From Paramecium tetraurelia (lineage: Eukaryota), in contig CT868023.1 in assembly GCA_000165425.1 (NCBI GenBank), positions 186,001 to 250,000 of the forward strand: DNA of 64,000 bases, written 5' to 3'. The translations under genes and the position numbers were made by a program. The notes below the pieces were generated by a model, which saw only the letters and a program-made list of their open reading frames with translations, was not told the DNA's origin and did not search any database. Of the stretch, positions 24,840 through 38,640 are shown piece after piece. Every line of letters starts with the position of its first letter. The first letter of the stretch is position 1.

Positions 24840-25142
24840 TCATCTTTTGATTAGTCTAATCAATGTTTGTTAAAATTTGTATCGTTCATCACATTTCAAC
24901 AGAGTGGTTTACTTTGAGTTTTTGTTATTGTTAAAAATAACTTCTTGGATCTTAATCTACTATTACTAAGTCAAAGATTTAGAGTTTTATTAAGGAGAAG
25001 GAGGCTTAGAGCAGGTTGGAGGTGAATATGGAATCTATTGTTTAGAGTGATCATAATTTGATAACAGTTTTGATAGAGACTTTTCTTTTGCACCAACCAA
25101 CTGAGACTGATTTGGTTTCTGTTTCTGGATAGAGCACCCCAT
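24840..25142 (-). CDS. small MGC-start (putatively acylated) protein, 100 aa
   Basis: MGCSIQKQKPNQSQLVG...PPTCSKPPSP...LIRLIKR-TGA. Intronless. Confidence 0.7.
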
Positions 25143-25599
25143 TCTCTTCTTTAAATAATTTAATTTCGACAAATATTTGGATTTATAAATCAAATTTATT
25201 CATAAATTCATACTTTAATTCTAACATCGATATGGTTCAAAAAGTATACGATGATAATTTACTTGATCTTTGAATATAATAACAGAAAAATTAATTAAGA
25301 TGTCAAGTAATAGGGCTTAAATTTTACATTCCTGAATAAAACTCTTAATAAAATTTACATTTCTTAGTGTTGTAATTTAGATGTTTAACCTTTATTTATT
25401 CCAGTTGAATAAGATTAAATATTGAACTCTCGATTTTAAATATTACTTTCATTTATATAATTCTCACAATGCCAATCAATAATTCGGCATGTAAACGTTT
25501 GAATTTAATATAATTTTTTATACAATTAAAACTCAATACTGGTTGAAAATGATAGTAACTTTTATTTAAGTTTTGCTTTGAGTTATAATATTATGAATA

Positions 25600-27200
25600 T
25601 ACTATTCAATTTCCTTTGGATTGTGATAATTCAATAAATACATTATTTCCTTTTTTTTTTCATTCTTTAATTTTTTTATATAATAAACACGAAACTGTTA
25701 TTTTTTTATTTGTTTTAATTTTACTCCTAGTTATATGAATTATTTCTTAGCCTTCCCCCTTTTTGAGAGATCACTATTTTTTTGAATCTCCACAAAAGCA
25801 TTTTAGCATTATTGAATTTGTTTTAACTTTTTAATTTTTTGGCTGCTCTCATAAATGTTACTCCCCTTCCTTTATGTCAATCATTTATATCTATAGCTTT
25901 AGAGATTAAAATATAATCCGCACAAATCCAAAATATTCCAATATGTCTTTAAGGGTCTTTATTTTCTCAATCTAATTAATTGATCCAAAGGCTCCTCAAA
26001 TATTTTCTGAATTCCTTTCTTCTTTGACATAGCAAATAACAAAAAAAACTCTTTTTAAATGATCTTACTAAAGATTGATTAAGTATTGCTTCTATTAAGC
26101 TTCTACTTCTTATATTTTACCGATCAACACCGTAGCTCTACTATTAGTTTAAAGTTTTCTTTTATAGTTGTTTTATTAACAAAATAGATCTCAACCACAC
26201 TGTTTCAATCTAATTATTTCTAATTCATATATCGCCATATTAATTGAATAATTTTCTACTATGATGTTCCTAGCCTTGATAATCTAATTTCCTACTAATA
26301 ATGTTTGCTCTATTTTAGAGGCCTCCAACTACTCTTTATTTTCTTTATTTTATTTTCCAGCCTTTAGTCATTTCCATCCTATATAACAAACCCTTAATTT
26401 TTAACACGAATCAACTTACATTTCGACCATCTCTATTTGCATCGAAAATAGATTGTTGGTTTAAATCTTTGTTTATTTTAAAGAAGGTAAAATAGAAGAA
26501 GGCATCTGTAATTATGGCAATAACTTATATTCATAGTATAACAATGTTAACTATTAAAGGAGATACCAAATTCACTCTTTTGTTTATAGATCTTACCTGA
26601 AACTCTCGAGTATTTATGTTATATTATAGATTAAATTAAATTTACATTTAAAGCAAATTAAGTGTATATAAATAATAAAAGTTCAAGGATCATAGTTGTT
26701 ATAATCTTCTTATAAATCTGTGTGTTTGACAAGTGAGGATTTGAACTTTGATAACATTGTGAGTATTAAATTAAGTTTACTCTGAATATATTAGTAATCT
26801 TTTTAAGAGTGTAGAACTAGAATAAATACAGTATTTTTTATTCCTTAACCATCTGGAGTTGTCATTTCTACTTTTAAACACTGATTTTTTTTGGCTTATT
26901 TTATAAATCTCAAATCTTTCAAAGCTGTGTACATGTCTATCATAATCTAATTTAATTTAGATCTTGATATTTTTGGAAAGTCCTTAAAATTCTTCATTGC
27001 AACGACATGATAATTATAGTATCATAGAATTATACATAAAAACGTTAGGGTTTGATTCCATAGTTAGTATACTAATGACCTAAAAGACTTTCTAATTAAG
27101 TTTACACAAATAATTTAAGTCATTTGGACCAAAATTTCTTATATACTATTTTAACTGCATATCAATGTATTCTGGGGATATTATATTTGAATAGCCTAAT
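25600..27200 (-). pseudogene. probable decayed gene
   Basis: Protein-like stretches with plausible tiny introns (e.g. GTAAACTTAATTAGAAAGTCTTTTAG), but TGA codons remain in every frame tried. Boundaries are approximate. Confidence 0.35.
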
Positions 27201-27382
27201 TTACTTATTATTAATATATAGTTTATTATCTAATCTTCAATATTAATTTATCATAATGCTTGTTGTATTCTATAATTTATCTACACATATCCAAGTATTA
27301 ATAGGAAAAGTCAGAGAAGCCAATTAAGAACTATAATTAATATATTATAGTTTTTTCTAAATCCTGGCAGTCATTAATATAA

Positions 27383-28806
27383 ATGCTTATACTTTTTATT
27401 TTATTTGCATCAAGTGTTGAAAAGCTCACATTAATTCAACCAGAAAGCCTTATTGATAAATTGGGCTCAGAAATTAAATATGGCATAGCCCATTTTGGGT
27501 ATTAAGTAATTCATAAGTAGTGATATACCTTGGGGTTAAAGGATGATTGGTACACTGATTCCAACATATCCTATTGATGGATGTGGTTCCATCTTACCTT
27601 CAAAAGACCATGACTTTATTTTTATTGAACGAGGAAAATGTACTTTTGTTACTAAAGTGAAGAACGCTCAAAATGCTGGATATAAATTTGTCATCATTGG
27701 AGACAATGCCAATGAAGACATCGACAATTCATTTACTATGCTTAATGATGGATAAGGATCTTCCGTTCATATTCCTTCCATCATTATAGGTAGTAAATGG
27801 AGTAAAGAGTTTAAGGACATATTTAGTAATTATGCTACGATTTCAGAGTATTCAATTAAACTACTTATGAAATTTGATGTAATCAAATAATTGAAGGTTG
27901 ATGTTTTATTCTCTATTGATTTGTTAAACAATAGTTCACTTCAAATTCTCAGTGACTACAAACCTTATCAATAATTATTCGATACCAATGAAGTGAAATA
28001 TCAATTTTTATATCCTATTTACAGTTTGAAAATGAAAGAGGATGACAATGCTATTATTGAATCCTTAAATTGCATTTCTGATGGTAGATATTGTACTTAT
28101 GACCCTGATGGAGATGATTACGGAACAGGATAAGATGTCATTGAAGAAATGATAAGATAACTTTGTTTATAGAAATTAGACATTGATGTATTTTTTAATT
28201 ACATAGTATTAATATCGATATATTCTAGGACTTATTTAAAGATAAATGTAAGCTTCCTTATATGTATGAATATTGTTTTTCTGAATTGCTTATTCGATTA
28301 AATTATTCAATCTAGACTGTAGAAAATTGTTATGATGATTCTTTCAAAAAGTTAATAAATTAATCATAAAATAATTTGAATTTTTACAATGCTTTATTGG
28401 AAGAGTAATTAGAAATAATTTCTGAATTCCCTTATGCATAACTCCCACCTGTGATGTTGAACAATCATGTTGGTGTAAAAAATATCACAGCCAAGAATAT
28501 ATTCATTAATATTTGCGAAAGTAATATTTGATCTTACAAGGTTTCATAAATCCCCCTGAAATATGCAGTAATTAAAAAGATGACTGGCGCAGATAGGATC
28601 TCTCATAACAATCTAGTTCCTTCTTATAATTACTTATCATCCTATTGGCTGTTCTACTTATATTTTTAGTCGTAGCAACACTAGTCTATAAAAAGGTTGT
28701 GAAGCGTGCTTCGCAAGAATAAACAACAGAGTAAGTGCACGAGCTAGTCACTTAATATATTAATTTTGTGGAAACCAAAGCTTCTAAGTAGAAAAATAGT
28801 TAATGA
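27383..28806 (+). CDS. PA-domain type I membrane protein, vacuolar sorting receptor (VSR/BP-80)-like
   Basis: Signal peptide, IAHFGDIPWG, FIERGKCTFVTKVKNAQNAGYKFVIIGDN, CISDGRYCTYDPDG..GQDVIEEMIRQLC, ICESF..PEIC, one TM helix, tail VTQYINF. Three introns. Confidence 0.9.
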
Positions 28807-28870
28807 GTGAAATCAAATTTATAATTAATTTTTAATTAATAAAAATACTATTTTAATAAAATTCTAAAAC

Positions 28871-31800
28871 TCAAGTAAATATTTGATTTTCTTATATCTC
28901 ATTTATTTTATCATATCTATCATTTAGAATTATCAAAGCCAATTCATTTGCTTTAGTAAAATCTAGCAAGAATGTGTTCCAATCCGAATGAGGATTTTCA
29001 GAATTTATTCTTTCTCCTAAATTATTATAATACAAGCATTTGAACTTCTAAGTAGAATTTAAATCACAAATTAGAGTAACTGAACTATCTTAAAGGCTCA
29101 CAAAAATTGAATTTCCCTCATGTAGATTAGTTGCATGATGCTCTAAGTTATTTTTATTTTTAATTATGCAAGATTTGTTGCAAAATACTTTCTAACATAA
29201 TAAACAAACAGAGATTCCTGAATATGAAAAAATTTTTTCTTAAAATTTGCAATAGTCGCATTTCTCAGAAAAATATTTACTATGAAATTATAGAAATGTC
29301 GGTCCAAGTTTATTATAAATTTTTTTAACGGCTTAACTCTAAAGAGTTTGATAAAAGTTTAAAGTATAGTCTTCTTTAGATATATTTTATACTGCATTCA
29401 ATTATTATTCCATTATAGCTTCTTCTATTCCAAAAGAGCTTAGAAACAGTGAGATTTCATCCTTACTTAATTACTTACTCTTACTGATTAGCTCAATTAT
29501 ATCTAATTTTAATTCATTAAAACTAGATTAATTTGTCAAAATGTTGTAAATCGACCTCACAGTATTGAATACTAAATTATTTTTCTATTTTGGAATCTAT
29601 ACTTAATTCAACATTTCTCTGCTATTTTAATCCATTTCTTAAATAGTTTCATAAAAGCAAATAAGTAATTATTTGAACAAAACATTCTTTTGAGCCCTCC
29701 TATAGTTCTCTGCATTCATAAATAACGAGGTCACCAAATCAAAAAATAAATTAATGTATATTTACACTAACTTATTCATCTAATCCTATTCAAAGTCTAA
29801 ACCTAAATGATCATTTATCAAAAGTAAATCTGAATTAAAACTCTTCAACTTTTGTTTGTCTATATCATCAATAGGAAATCTCTATATTACAGACTGTTTA
29901 CATATTGGGCAATTCAAATCTAATTTGTAGTATCCAAAATCTTAATTTCTAATTTAATCGCTTTGAAAGTATTTAGTTAAACATTAATTATGAAAGTAGT
30001 GCTAACATGTTTATATTCCTAAACATAAATTAAATTTTAATAAATTTTCAAGCTTCTCATGAGTCCCATCATACATTTATGGTTTTGGTTTAAGAAAAAT
30101 AGATAGGGTCCCCACACTGTTTTAAGCTTTCAAACTAAGTTTACAAGCATAACATAGATTCTCATCTTTTATTGCTATTTCTTATTGTTACTCTTCATTT
30201 AACATTTGCTATATCAAATTTGAAGATTATATTTAATTGAACTTTGCCTTATATCTGTCCTTTTAAGCTTAAAATTTCAACTTGGTTTATTAATTTTCTT
30301 ATATCTATGATTTATTCAATTCATTAATTGATGAAATAAGAACTTTTATCTTTTATTACTCTTCCTTTTTTAAATTCATATTGTAAATTTTTTCCAATTC
30401 AACTCTAACAGTATCTACAAATTCTTAGAATAAAATTTAGTTAAATGTATTATGAAAGGCAAGTTGAGCATAAATAAGTTGGCACATCTCTTATAGGAAA
30501 TTGGTATTTTCATTTAATAACGTCATTTGTTTTGATTTGGCAGTTTCCTATAAAAATTTTAGATTTTTCAAAAATAGACTATTTTGGCAAAAATTCATCA
30601 ATATTAAATGCTATAACACTTTATACCTCTAATTTGAAAATTATTAAATGTCCCATATAATCCCATTTCCCAGTAAAATTTCGCTTTCAGATTTTTGTTT
30701 TTCAATTAATCTTTCGATGATTTGAGTGTTCAATCCTTTTTAATTTTATATAAGGCTAGGCTCATAAAATATTTGATATTCAGCTTTTAGCTTTAATTTT
30801 TTTGTTGTCTAGTCAAGTTCACATATTTGTAAAATATGGTTTGAAAAATTTTTAGTTATAAGCACTCCAGATTTTTAGAGTTTTTCTAAAATATCTCCAT
30901 ACTCTATTGAGTTTGAGATAATAAAATAATTACCCACCATTCTCACTAAAGTCAATTTTAAATCATTTGATAAGGTAGTTAATAACGGGCTACATACATT
31001 ATATAGATCCAAGTCTGTTAGAATCATGCTAGCAAATAGTTACCTAATAATAATTAAGATATTTACTAAATTATTCTTGTTTAATTTGTAACTTTGAATA
31101 TTCCGTCATTTACTTTGAACGTCTCCAACATATTCTAAAATTAAGAAAATCCATGTTCACCGTATAAAAATATATATAATTTAAAAAGACAGGTGTCTAC
31201 TCTATGAAATTAGGAATACTCTATGAAATTTTCTGCTCCTTAATAAACGCTTTGTAGTTTTTTATTTTGATTGCAATGAATTGTCAAATAAACCTGAACA
31301 ATATTACCTAATAATGAGTTAAGAAAATTTTTAAATTCTTATTCGTTTTCATCTAAAATATCAAGTAAAAAATCTAGGAATAACCCTCCATTTTTAAATT
31401 ATGTCGTACAATATAAATGGGCTAAATAAGAAATAAACAACTTCTGTATTACCATACCTTATTTAATTTCTTTCTGGGTGTTATATTCTGGATAAAAATT
31501 ATAATTCTCTAGTAAACATAGGAGGCGATCAGCGATGTCATTATTGATGTGCTTATTTATGAAAGTATTATTCTTCAGGATCTAATACGTTTAATAAAAA
31601 AGGAGTTTTATTATGTTTTTTTCGAACATTTCATTGCTATATCTTTTGAATAGATTCTCTAAACCAACACGAATCGCACTATAATAAGTTGCCTAATCTA
31701 TAATATAATGAACAACGTCAGCTAGTATAATTTCTTGATTTTATTTATTTTAAGATATCTTCATAATTCCCTTCCCTAAACTGTTAATTAATGTTGTTAT

Positions 31801-33161
31801 TGCAAAATTATTATAGTTGAATTAATATATTAGATCAAATTTAATATCTTATTTTGCAAATGAATCAAAATTGTTTTTTAGTATTTCTTTTAATTAATCT
31901 AAAGCTATTTATCCAAAGGCCTTATATTAAAATCTCCTTCTAAATAATAATGGAAGTGCTAATTAACTTTGAGAACATAAAGCACCTGAAGAATAATGTA
32001 ATTTTTCCATAGTAACTATTAAGTCCTAAATATTTTAGTTTTACGAGAAGAATTATTTTTGCATTTCGAAAGATACAAATTAAGATTCAGTTATGAGTAA
32101 ATTACTAATGTAAACAAAATTGATTAGACATGAATTTTATTTTAAAGCTGAATTTATTTGATAAACATATAGAGTGCATAAAGTAACATTTAAGTTGTTA
32201 AATTTTACTTTTGAATCATACTTGGTTACTCTGAAGGTGTCAATCCACCACAATTTAGAGAAATTCTTTAAGATAATAGAAAACAGAAATCTTTTAGACT
32301 TTTCATCAGCATAAAGTTAATAAAGAATTTTATCTATCTTCATGATTTTGAAATCTTGAAACGGTTCAAGATAAACTTAATACTTCAAAATCTTTTCTAA
32401 ATATGTGTATTTAGAATTCTAACAATTCTTCTCCGAAAGGAAATTTTAAATAAAAACTAAATATCTATATCTATAATTAATAAGAGAGCCAATTGTGTTA
32501 AATATAAGAGTATGAATATTTGACGCCTTTTTTATTAGTCTATAAGTTGATTCAATTGGATACTTTTCCTCTATGGTTTACATTAAGTCTTAATTTTATG
32601 TTAATGTAGCAAAATGATAGAGAATTAGAAATGCAATTTGGTTATTTGATTTCCCTTTAATTTATTTCATCGTACTTGTGAAAGTAACAATGAGTGATTA
32701 AAGAATATTAGTGATCTTCTTTTGTACCTTAATGGAAATATTTTTTATTTCATCATCATCGTCTAGAACATAATTTCTATGTTTGGAACAAAACCCTTGT
32801 TTTGAAATAATTGATTCACTACCACAATCGCACAATCCCTTACTTTTTCCATTAATAATACATTAGTGGCCTAATAATTTAATAAATATATTCTACCTAA
32901 ATGTTGGTTAGGATCAAAACACTCTTAGCAATATATATGTGTTGCTTCAATTCCACATGTAAAACATTAAAAACTTAATTCATTATTAGAAATTAATGCT
33001 TAGCAATTCTATTTAAATTCTTTTGGTTTAATAGTCCAACTTTTAACTTTATATTGATCTGGAAAAATAGATCTGAATAATATAAATGGTCCAAATTCTG
33101 AAAAGTCGCCTTCATAGTAGTTAAGTCTATTAATATCAAATTTTTGTTTGGAATTCTTCAT
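28871..33161 (-). CDS. UBR-box N-recognin E3 ubiquitin ligase (UBR1/2/PRT6-like)
   Basis: UBR box CQALI..FQCFTCGIEATHIYCQECFDPNQHLGH..GLCDCG; RING CYAC..TCQHYFHNQC..CPICK; C-terminal CDYC..VCLLCQKVFCN..HATNLH. Confidence 0.9.
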
Positions 33162-33893
33162 ATTTGTAAGCAATAATTAATTAATACAATGTAAAATGTT
33201 CTAATTCTATTATGGAAAAGATTAAATAGAATTATAGAAATATTTTATGTACTTTGATTATGAAATCATTTTAATCAATATTGCAAGTTGATTGAGAATT
33301 TCTAATTATATACGATTTTATAAGGAATGGATTTGAAGAAAATTTTATTAGATAAAGTTTAAAAAATAAAACAAATTTTTTCATTTTTCTGTTTTTCAGA
33401 ATTTTAATTCTTTCGTATAATTGTGAAAATACGTTATAAAAGAAAATATTATTAATTATCACAGTGATTCTTACAATAATGTGCTTTCTATTTATAAATA
33501 ATCTTTATATATAATATAGTTAGTATTAAGAGATAATCATTTTGTTATACCATTCGCAGAGAAACTATTAGGAAGTAGCGTTATTCGAAAGCCAAAAACA
33601 ATATTTTCACTAGTTTGATATGATAGTTAATATCTTAATTGTCATTTAATTTAAAATTTAGAATTTTAATTACTAAGGGGTTTTTGGAGTAAAAAACTGC
33701 TAAGCTAAAACTTGAGTAATTTTATACTAAAATATCCTTAAGCTATAATAATAATTCAAATTAAAGATATGCATAATAAAGAAATAAGGGTCAATTTTTA
33801 CAAACCATCTTTGTTGTAGATTCTTTAGAAAGAAAACAAATAAAGTATATTTGCGAAAGATAATAAAAATATTTATGCATATATAATAAATTT

Positions 33894-35139
33894 TCATAAT
33901 TTTAGTAATGTTTTTGTTTAAGGAAAGTTCAAACTATTAAATATTTAGTTCCTTTGTGGTTTTTTATTTTAAACCTCATGAAAACTAAAATCTTATGGTC
34001 TCATTATAGGCTTAGCTTTCAATAACTGATTTTATTTAGCCATATGAGATTAAGGCTAAATTGGTATTAAAGGTTTTTTAGCTTTCTTATTACTTTTTCT
34101 CACTCTTTCTCGAAATTGTTTAATTTTATCAGGAGGATTATAAAATACATCTTTAGGCATTTCTTATAAATGGAATAACTCTTGGCTTATTATATTGCAA
34201 TGTCCTTCCTGTGTTGATTCATGAGAAATGAAATTCATTGAAGGGATGTGTTGGATTTTCACATTTTCATCAAAATCTAAATTCGATATAACTAATCTAT
34301 ATTAGTAATATGCATACTATTTTTATGCTTAATGCTAAACATTGAAAAATTCAATCAGATTGGAGAGCTCAAAAGATGGTAATCTTAGTAGATTTTAGAA
34401 CAATTCTTAATTTATAGTTAGCAATTCATTCAACAGTTTATTATTCTGTTATGAATTAGTTAGGGTTTATATGTATTGTTTATTCAAATAATGTGATCTA
34501 TTTTAGTCTCCTAGTTTATAGACTCATAATATACTTGAAAGTTGTTAATTTATAAAATTTACTAGTGTGGCTTCACATCCTGTTTCATTTTAATTGGAAA
34601 CGACAACTATGGATTTTTACACATATATGCATATATTCGCATTATTAGAGAGTAATGTTGATTTAATAGCTGTCACTTGTTTGCTGTTAATTAATGCTTA
34701 GATATCAATTTATGGAGACCACGTGATAATCTTTGTTCTTTTACCAGCCAAAGTTTCAATATTTTAGATGTATGCTTATTCCTAATAAATCAGATCATCA
34801 TTACATAAAATGATAACACATGGCAATATTTATATGTAGAGTCATCTAACTGAACCTAAAATTAATGGATTTTAGATGATATTCCAATGTCTTTCGAATT
34901 CAATTTGGTTGGATGGATCAACTTGTTATCATGTGAATATAAAGAAGGTTGTCCTTAAGAAAAACACTACGATATTGAATGCGAAATCAATGGGGATTTT
35001 TTAAGATGAGAAGGATAAATTTCTAATATTTCTGGCTCGTATTCATTTTTTAACAACATATCCAAATTTGGCTCTAATAATGTATACTTGCATTACTTTT
35101 ATCAATATCATATCCTACAATAGCACATAATTCAAACAT
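33894..35139 (-). CDS. uDENN-domain-containing protein
   Basis: MFELCAIVGYD..YEPEILEIYP..SISQCFSQG..IHQFQVQLDDSTYKYCHVLSFYE..YVQKSIVVVS follows the uDENN pattern, then a basic low-complexity tail ending LLKL-TGA. At least two 23-nt introns. Confidence 0.7.
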
Positions 35140-35659
35140 AGATGTCGATTAATTATTTTAAATTATATAATGAAATACTTGAATGAGTATCCGTTGTGAT
35201 TTTTTGTTATTAAATTATAATGAATTAAAGAAATTTGCACTTAGATTAATCAATCTAAAATATTACCCACCTTTTTTAAGTCTCATACTCACATTTCATT
35301 GGAGGAAAGTTGGCCAGTGAAGTGGAGAATCATAAGATTAAAGATATTTTTCGAAGCTCTCCTTTATTATTTTAATGATCATAATTAAGCTAAGAATTAA
35401 ATACTAATGTCTAATCTTTTATTTATAAAAATAGATTTTAATTTATTATGATCCTTTCCATAAATTTAAGCTTAAATTCTATTCTTTATATTGCTTTATT
35501 ATATCAATTGTTTGGATTCATTTTAGTTTTAATCTATGATTTGTATGCATTTCTGAATTGGTGTATTGGAAGAATATTATTTATTTATAACATGATTGAA
35601 GCAATATTTATGCGAATCAAAAATAAATTATATATATATCATATTATTTAAAATAAAAA

Positions 35660-36260
35660 ATGGCTATCAGAAACAGATTGTTCTAGGCTTTCAATACCGT
35701 CCATAGGTATATTAAGTAGATAATCTTAGAATTTTTAACGTTGAGGCCAAATTCTTACCATACACCTGCACAACTAGAAATGAAGCCTTAGTACAGAATC
35801 ATACCAAACATCAATCCTACTTACAGTATTAATTTTTCTATGAAATAGCTATGCCAATAAAGATTAGAATCTCTAAAATATCACTAGATCCACATTAGAT
35901 GAATTCTAAAAATTGGAATTTAATGTCATCTCCCAATTTTAGAGAAAGGGACTAAGTATAATTACATATGTCATAATAGATAATCCACATGTGGACCCAC
36001 ATTAAATCATATACTAGTTGGATAGAATTGAAGTCTTAAGAAAATTAAAGTAGATATTTTTATTAACTTCTAGAGTTTTGGAATAAAATGCAGGAGCATT
36101 TCCAAAAGATGAAGCTGAATGCTTAAAACTTATTGCCAAAGTCCACCTAGAAGAACCAAAGTAAAGCAAAATTATAACTATTAGCGCTTAAGAAAACTTA
36201 GATAAATTTATTGAGGCTAATCCACAATGTAGAAGATTATTGCACCTTGGATAAATTTGA
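35660..36260 (+). CDS. 160-aa protein, probably a ciliate-specific mitochondrial complex subunit
   Basis: Five introns (35707-35729, 35826-35848, 35956-35979, 36050-36073, 36161-36184) give exactly 161 codons: MAIRNRLFQAFNTVHR...VDPHQIIYQLDRIEVLRKLKVLE...LHLGQI-TGA. Confidence 0.8.
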
Positions 36261-36338
36261 GCATGATCAATTATTACAAATAAACAACAAAACATAAAAT
36301 AATATATGTAATTGCATTTCTTTTCAAAATCTATGAGT

Positions 36339-38561
36339 TCATTTACAGAAAATTTAGCAAATATTAATTTTATTAATTAATAATACCATTACCTAAAATG
36401 TTATGAAGATTTCTTAGAACCAATGTAGGATTATTTAAATTAAATATATTTTTCATGTTTGTTCTACTCCTGCTCAATAAAGATTGTTATTGTACTAGCG
36501 AAGATTAGATTTTTGTTCATTTTTGGCATCGCATTTTCTTTTGTAATTTATTTTTGCTGAAACTAATAATTATTATCTGCATAACTACTTCCGATTTTTT
36601 AATTATTTATGTCTTTCACCAGTTGCAAAATATCTAAAGTGGATTAAAATATACCTTTCTTTTGATAATTTAAGTGTTCATATTTATTTTAATTTTTAGC
36701 TTTATCTGTGCTTAGTTTATGAGACTCTTCAGATTTTATTGTTTCTGATTCTTTCCGTGAATTCGAATAGGGTTTCAATGAAAATAGTCTAATTTAAAAA
36801 ACAGAAATTACTATCTGGTTTTAAACTAAATGTCGTCGTTGATGTGAGGAGAATATTGCCTACAATATGCATCCTTGTATCTAGATTTTTTCAAATCGCT
36901 TCCTGAAAATAGCAAACTAGCATATGATTTTTATTTATCAGAAATATTGTTTAATTTTGAATCTAAGGTCTCTTTAAACTTTTATGTTGCATGAAGATAT
37001 TTATTTGGCGAGTTAGGAGCAGCCTTTTTCATCATATTTTGTAATATATTTGAATAATTGGTAGGATCTTATCTTAAAATATTCAATTCACCAACAGATG
37101 TAGAGTTTTTTGTGCTTCTAAGTAAAATATCGATTTCATACTGTATTTTTCTAATCTACTATAAATTATCTTCTTTGAAATAGCCATTTTTTGTTTAATG
37201 CAAAGTCAAATTTTTGTGAATTGAAGTAGATACTTCATTTTTGTTGGCTTAAGGTGTTATCACATTTGAACTAAGATTTTGTTTAGTAGAAGAAATACAA
37301 GTTCATATTTTTATTCTAATCTAATTATGAGTGATTTGCACTTAGGTTTAAGAATGATTGTTTCTATTACATCATGACGCTTGCTTTTATGTTTTCTTTT
37401 TTATTATAAATTTAGGTAGGTTGTTGAACTTCCATACCTAAGTATTGTGGAACTTAATTGATAGCTTATTTATCCTGATTATGGTTTTAATTAGCATTGT
37501 TTTGGTTAAGAATTGATTGAGTTTCAAGCATTTCAACCTATTAATTTAAACTTTTTTTACATTATTTTATAATTTGATTATCTCATAATGTAATTTAGCA
37601 TTCTGTGTTGATTTAACATTTAGTTTTTCAATTAAATAACATATTTTTTCTTTATCATTTAAATTATTGTTATGACTAAACCTTAATTATTCTTTATCCT
37701 ACTTTTGATTAAGTTAATTATCAATTTATGAAATAAGATTTGATAATTTTTGATTTTATTGTTTCAACTGCATTTATTCTTCCTACTCTATTTCTAATTT
37801 CGTTTATAAATCTTAGATAAGGGCATTTAATTCAACGATTTCAAGTTCATACTAATTTTTAATCCTATCTTTATCATTTTACAATTAAAATATTTATGAT
37901 TTTAATTCTAAATCATTCATTTAATTTTATTTTTATTATTATTTTATCATTGTTTATTCATATGAACTAGTGATATTTTGTTTAACTTCAGGAATTGCAA
38001 TTTATATTTATTTCTTCACTTTTGATAAACAAAGATACTTACATCCTGCCATAGAAGATCCTTTTTGTGGAAAAGTTGACTTGACTTTATCTTTATTTTT
38101 AGGTGCTGGAGGCTCTTGAACCAATTTAGAATTAATATTTGATAAGTTCTCTTATTAAATTTGAGTATTCTCAGAATTATCTCTATTTCCATTATTTTAT
38201 GGATAATACTCTTCAAAAATAATCTTTTAAACCTTTTCATTGTCATCGTCTTCGTCTGGAAAAATTAACAATAATTTTTATACTGATTGGTAAGTGTATA
38301 GGTTTGGAACTGCTTGATTCATCATTTTAACAGTGTTCAAAATTCGATGATTTTGATTGATTCAATGGATAAAGTTCTTTTTTTTGTGATTATTGTTGAT
38401 GTTGATTGAAAATATCATCAAATTAATTTATTTCTTAAGCCTTATTAATCACATTGTTTTACTTCTGGAAGTATCTCTTTTTAGGGTTACTGGTTTTCCA
38501 GATAATCCAGTGTTAATCCTATTGGCTTTTTTGTTTTAAATTTAAGCTAACTAATTTTCAT
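36339..38561 (-). CDS. low-complexity coiled-coil hypothetical protein
   Basis: MKISQLKFKTKKPIGLTLDYLENQ..., Q/N/K-rich, with introns near 38255-38282 and 38019-38042. The 3' end is uncertain (about 36340-36480). Confidence 0.6.
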
Positions 38562-38640
38562 AACCTTAGAAAGTTTGCTTATGTTTTAAAATAAGTTAAA
38601 TAAATGTTTAATAAGAAAGACTTTAATACAAGAATAGAAA

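Noticed and set aside
33200..33880. Possible gene, including track ORF 33271-33462
   Set aside because: Very AT-rich with no coherent model on either strand. Treated as intergenic.
35220..35378. Short ORF of about 52 codons between the uDENN gene and the 35660 gene
   Set aside because: It has no motif, and its length is expected by chance when only TGA is a stop.
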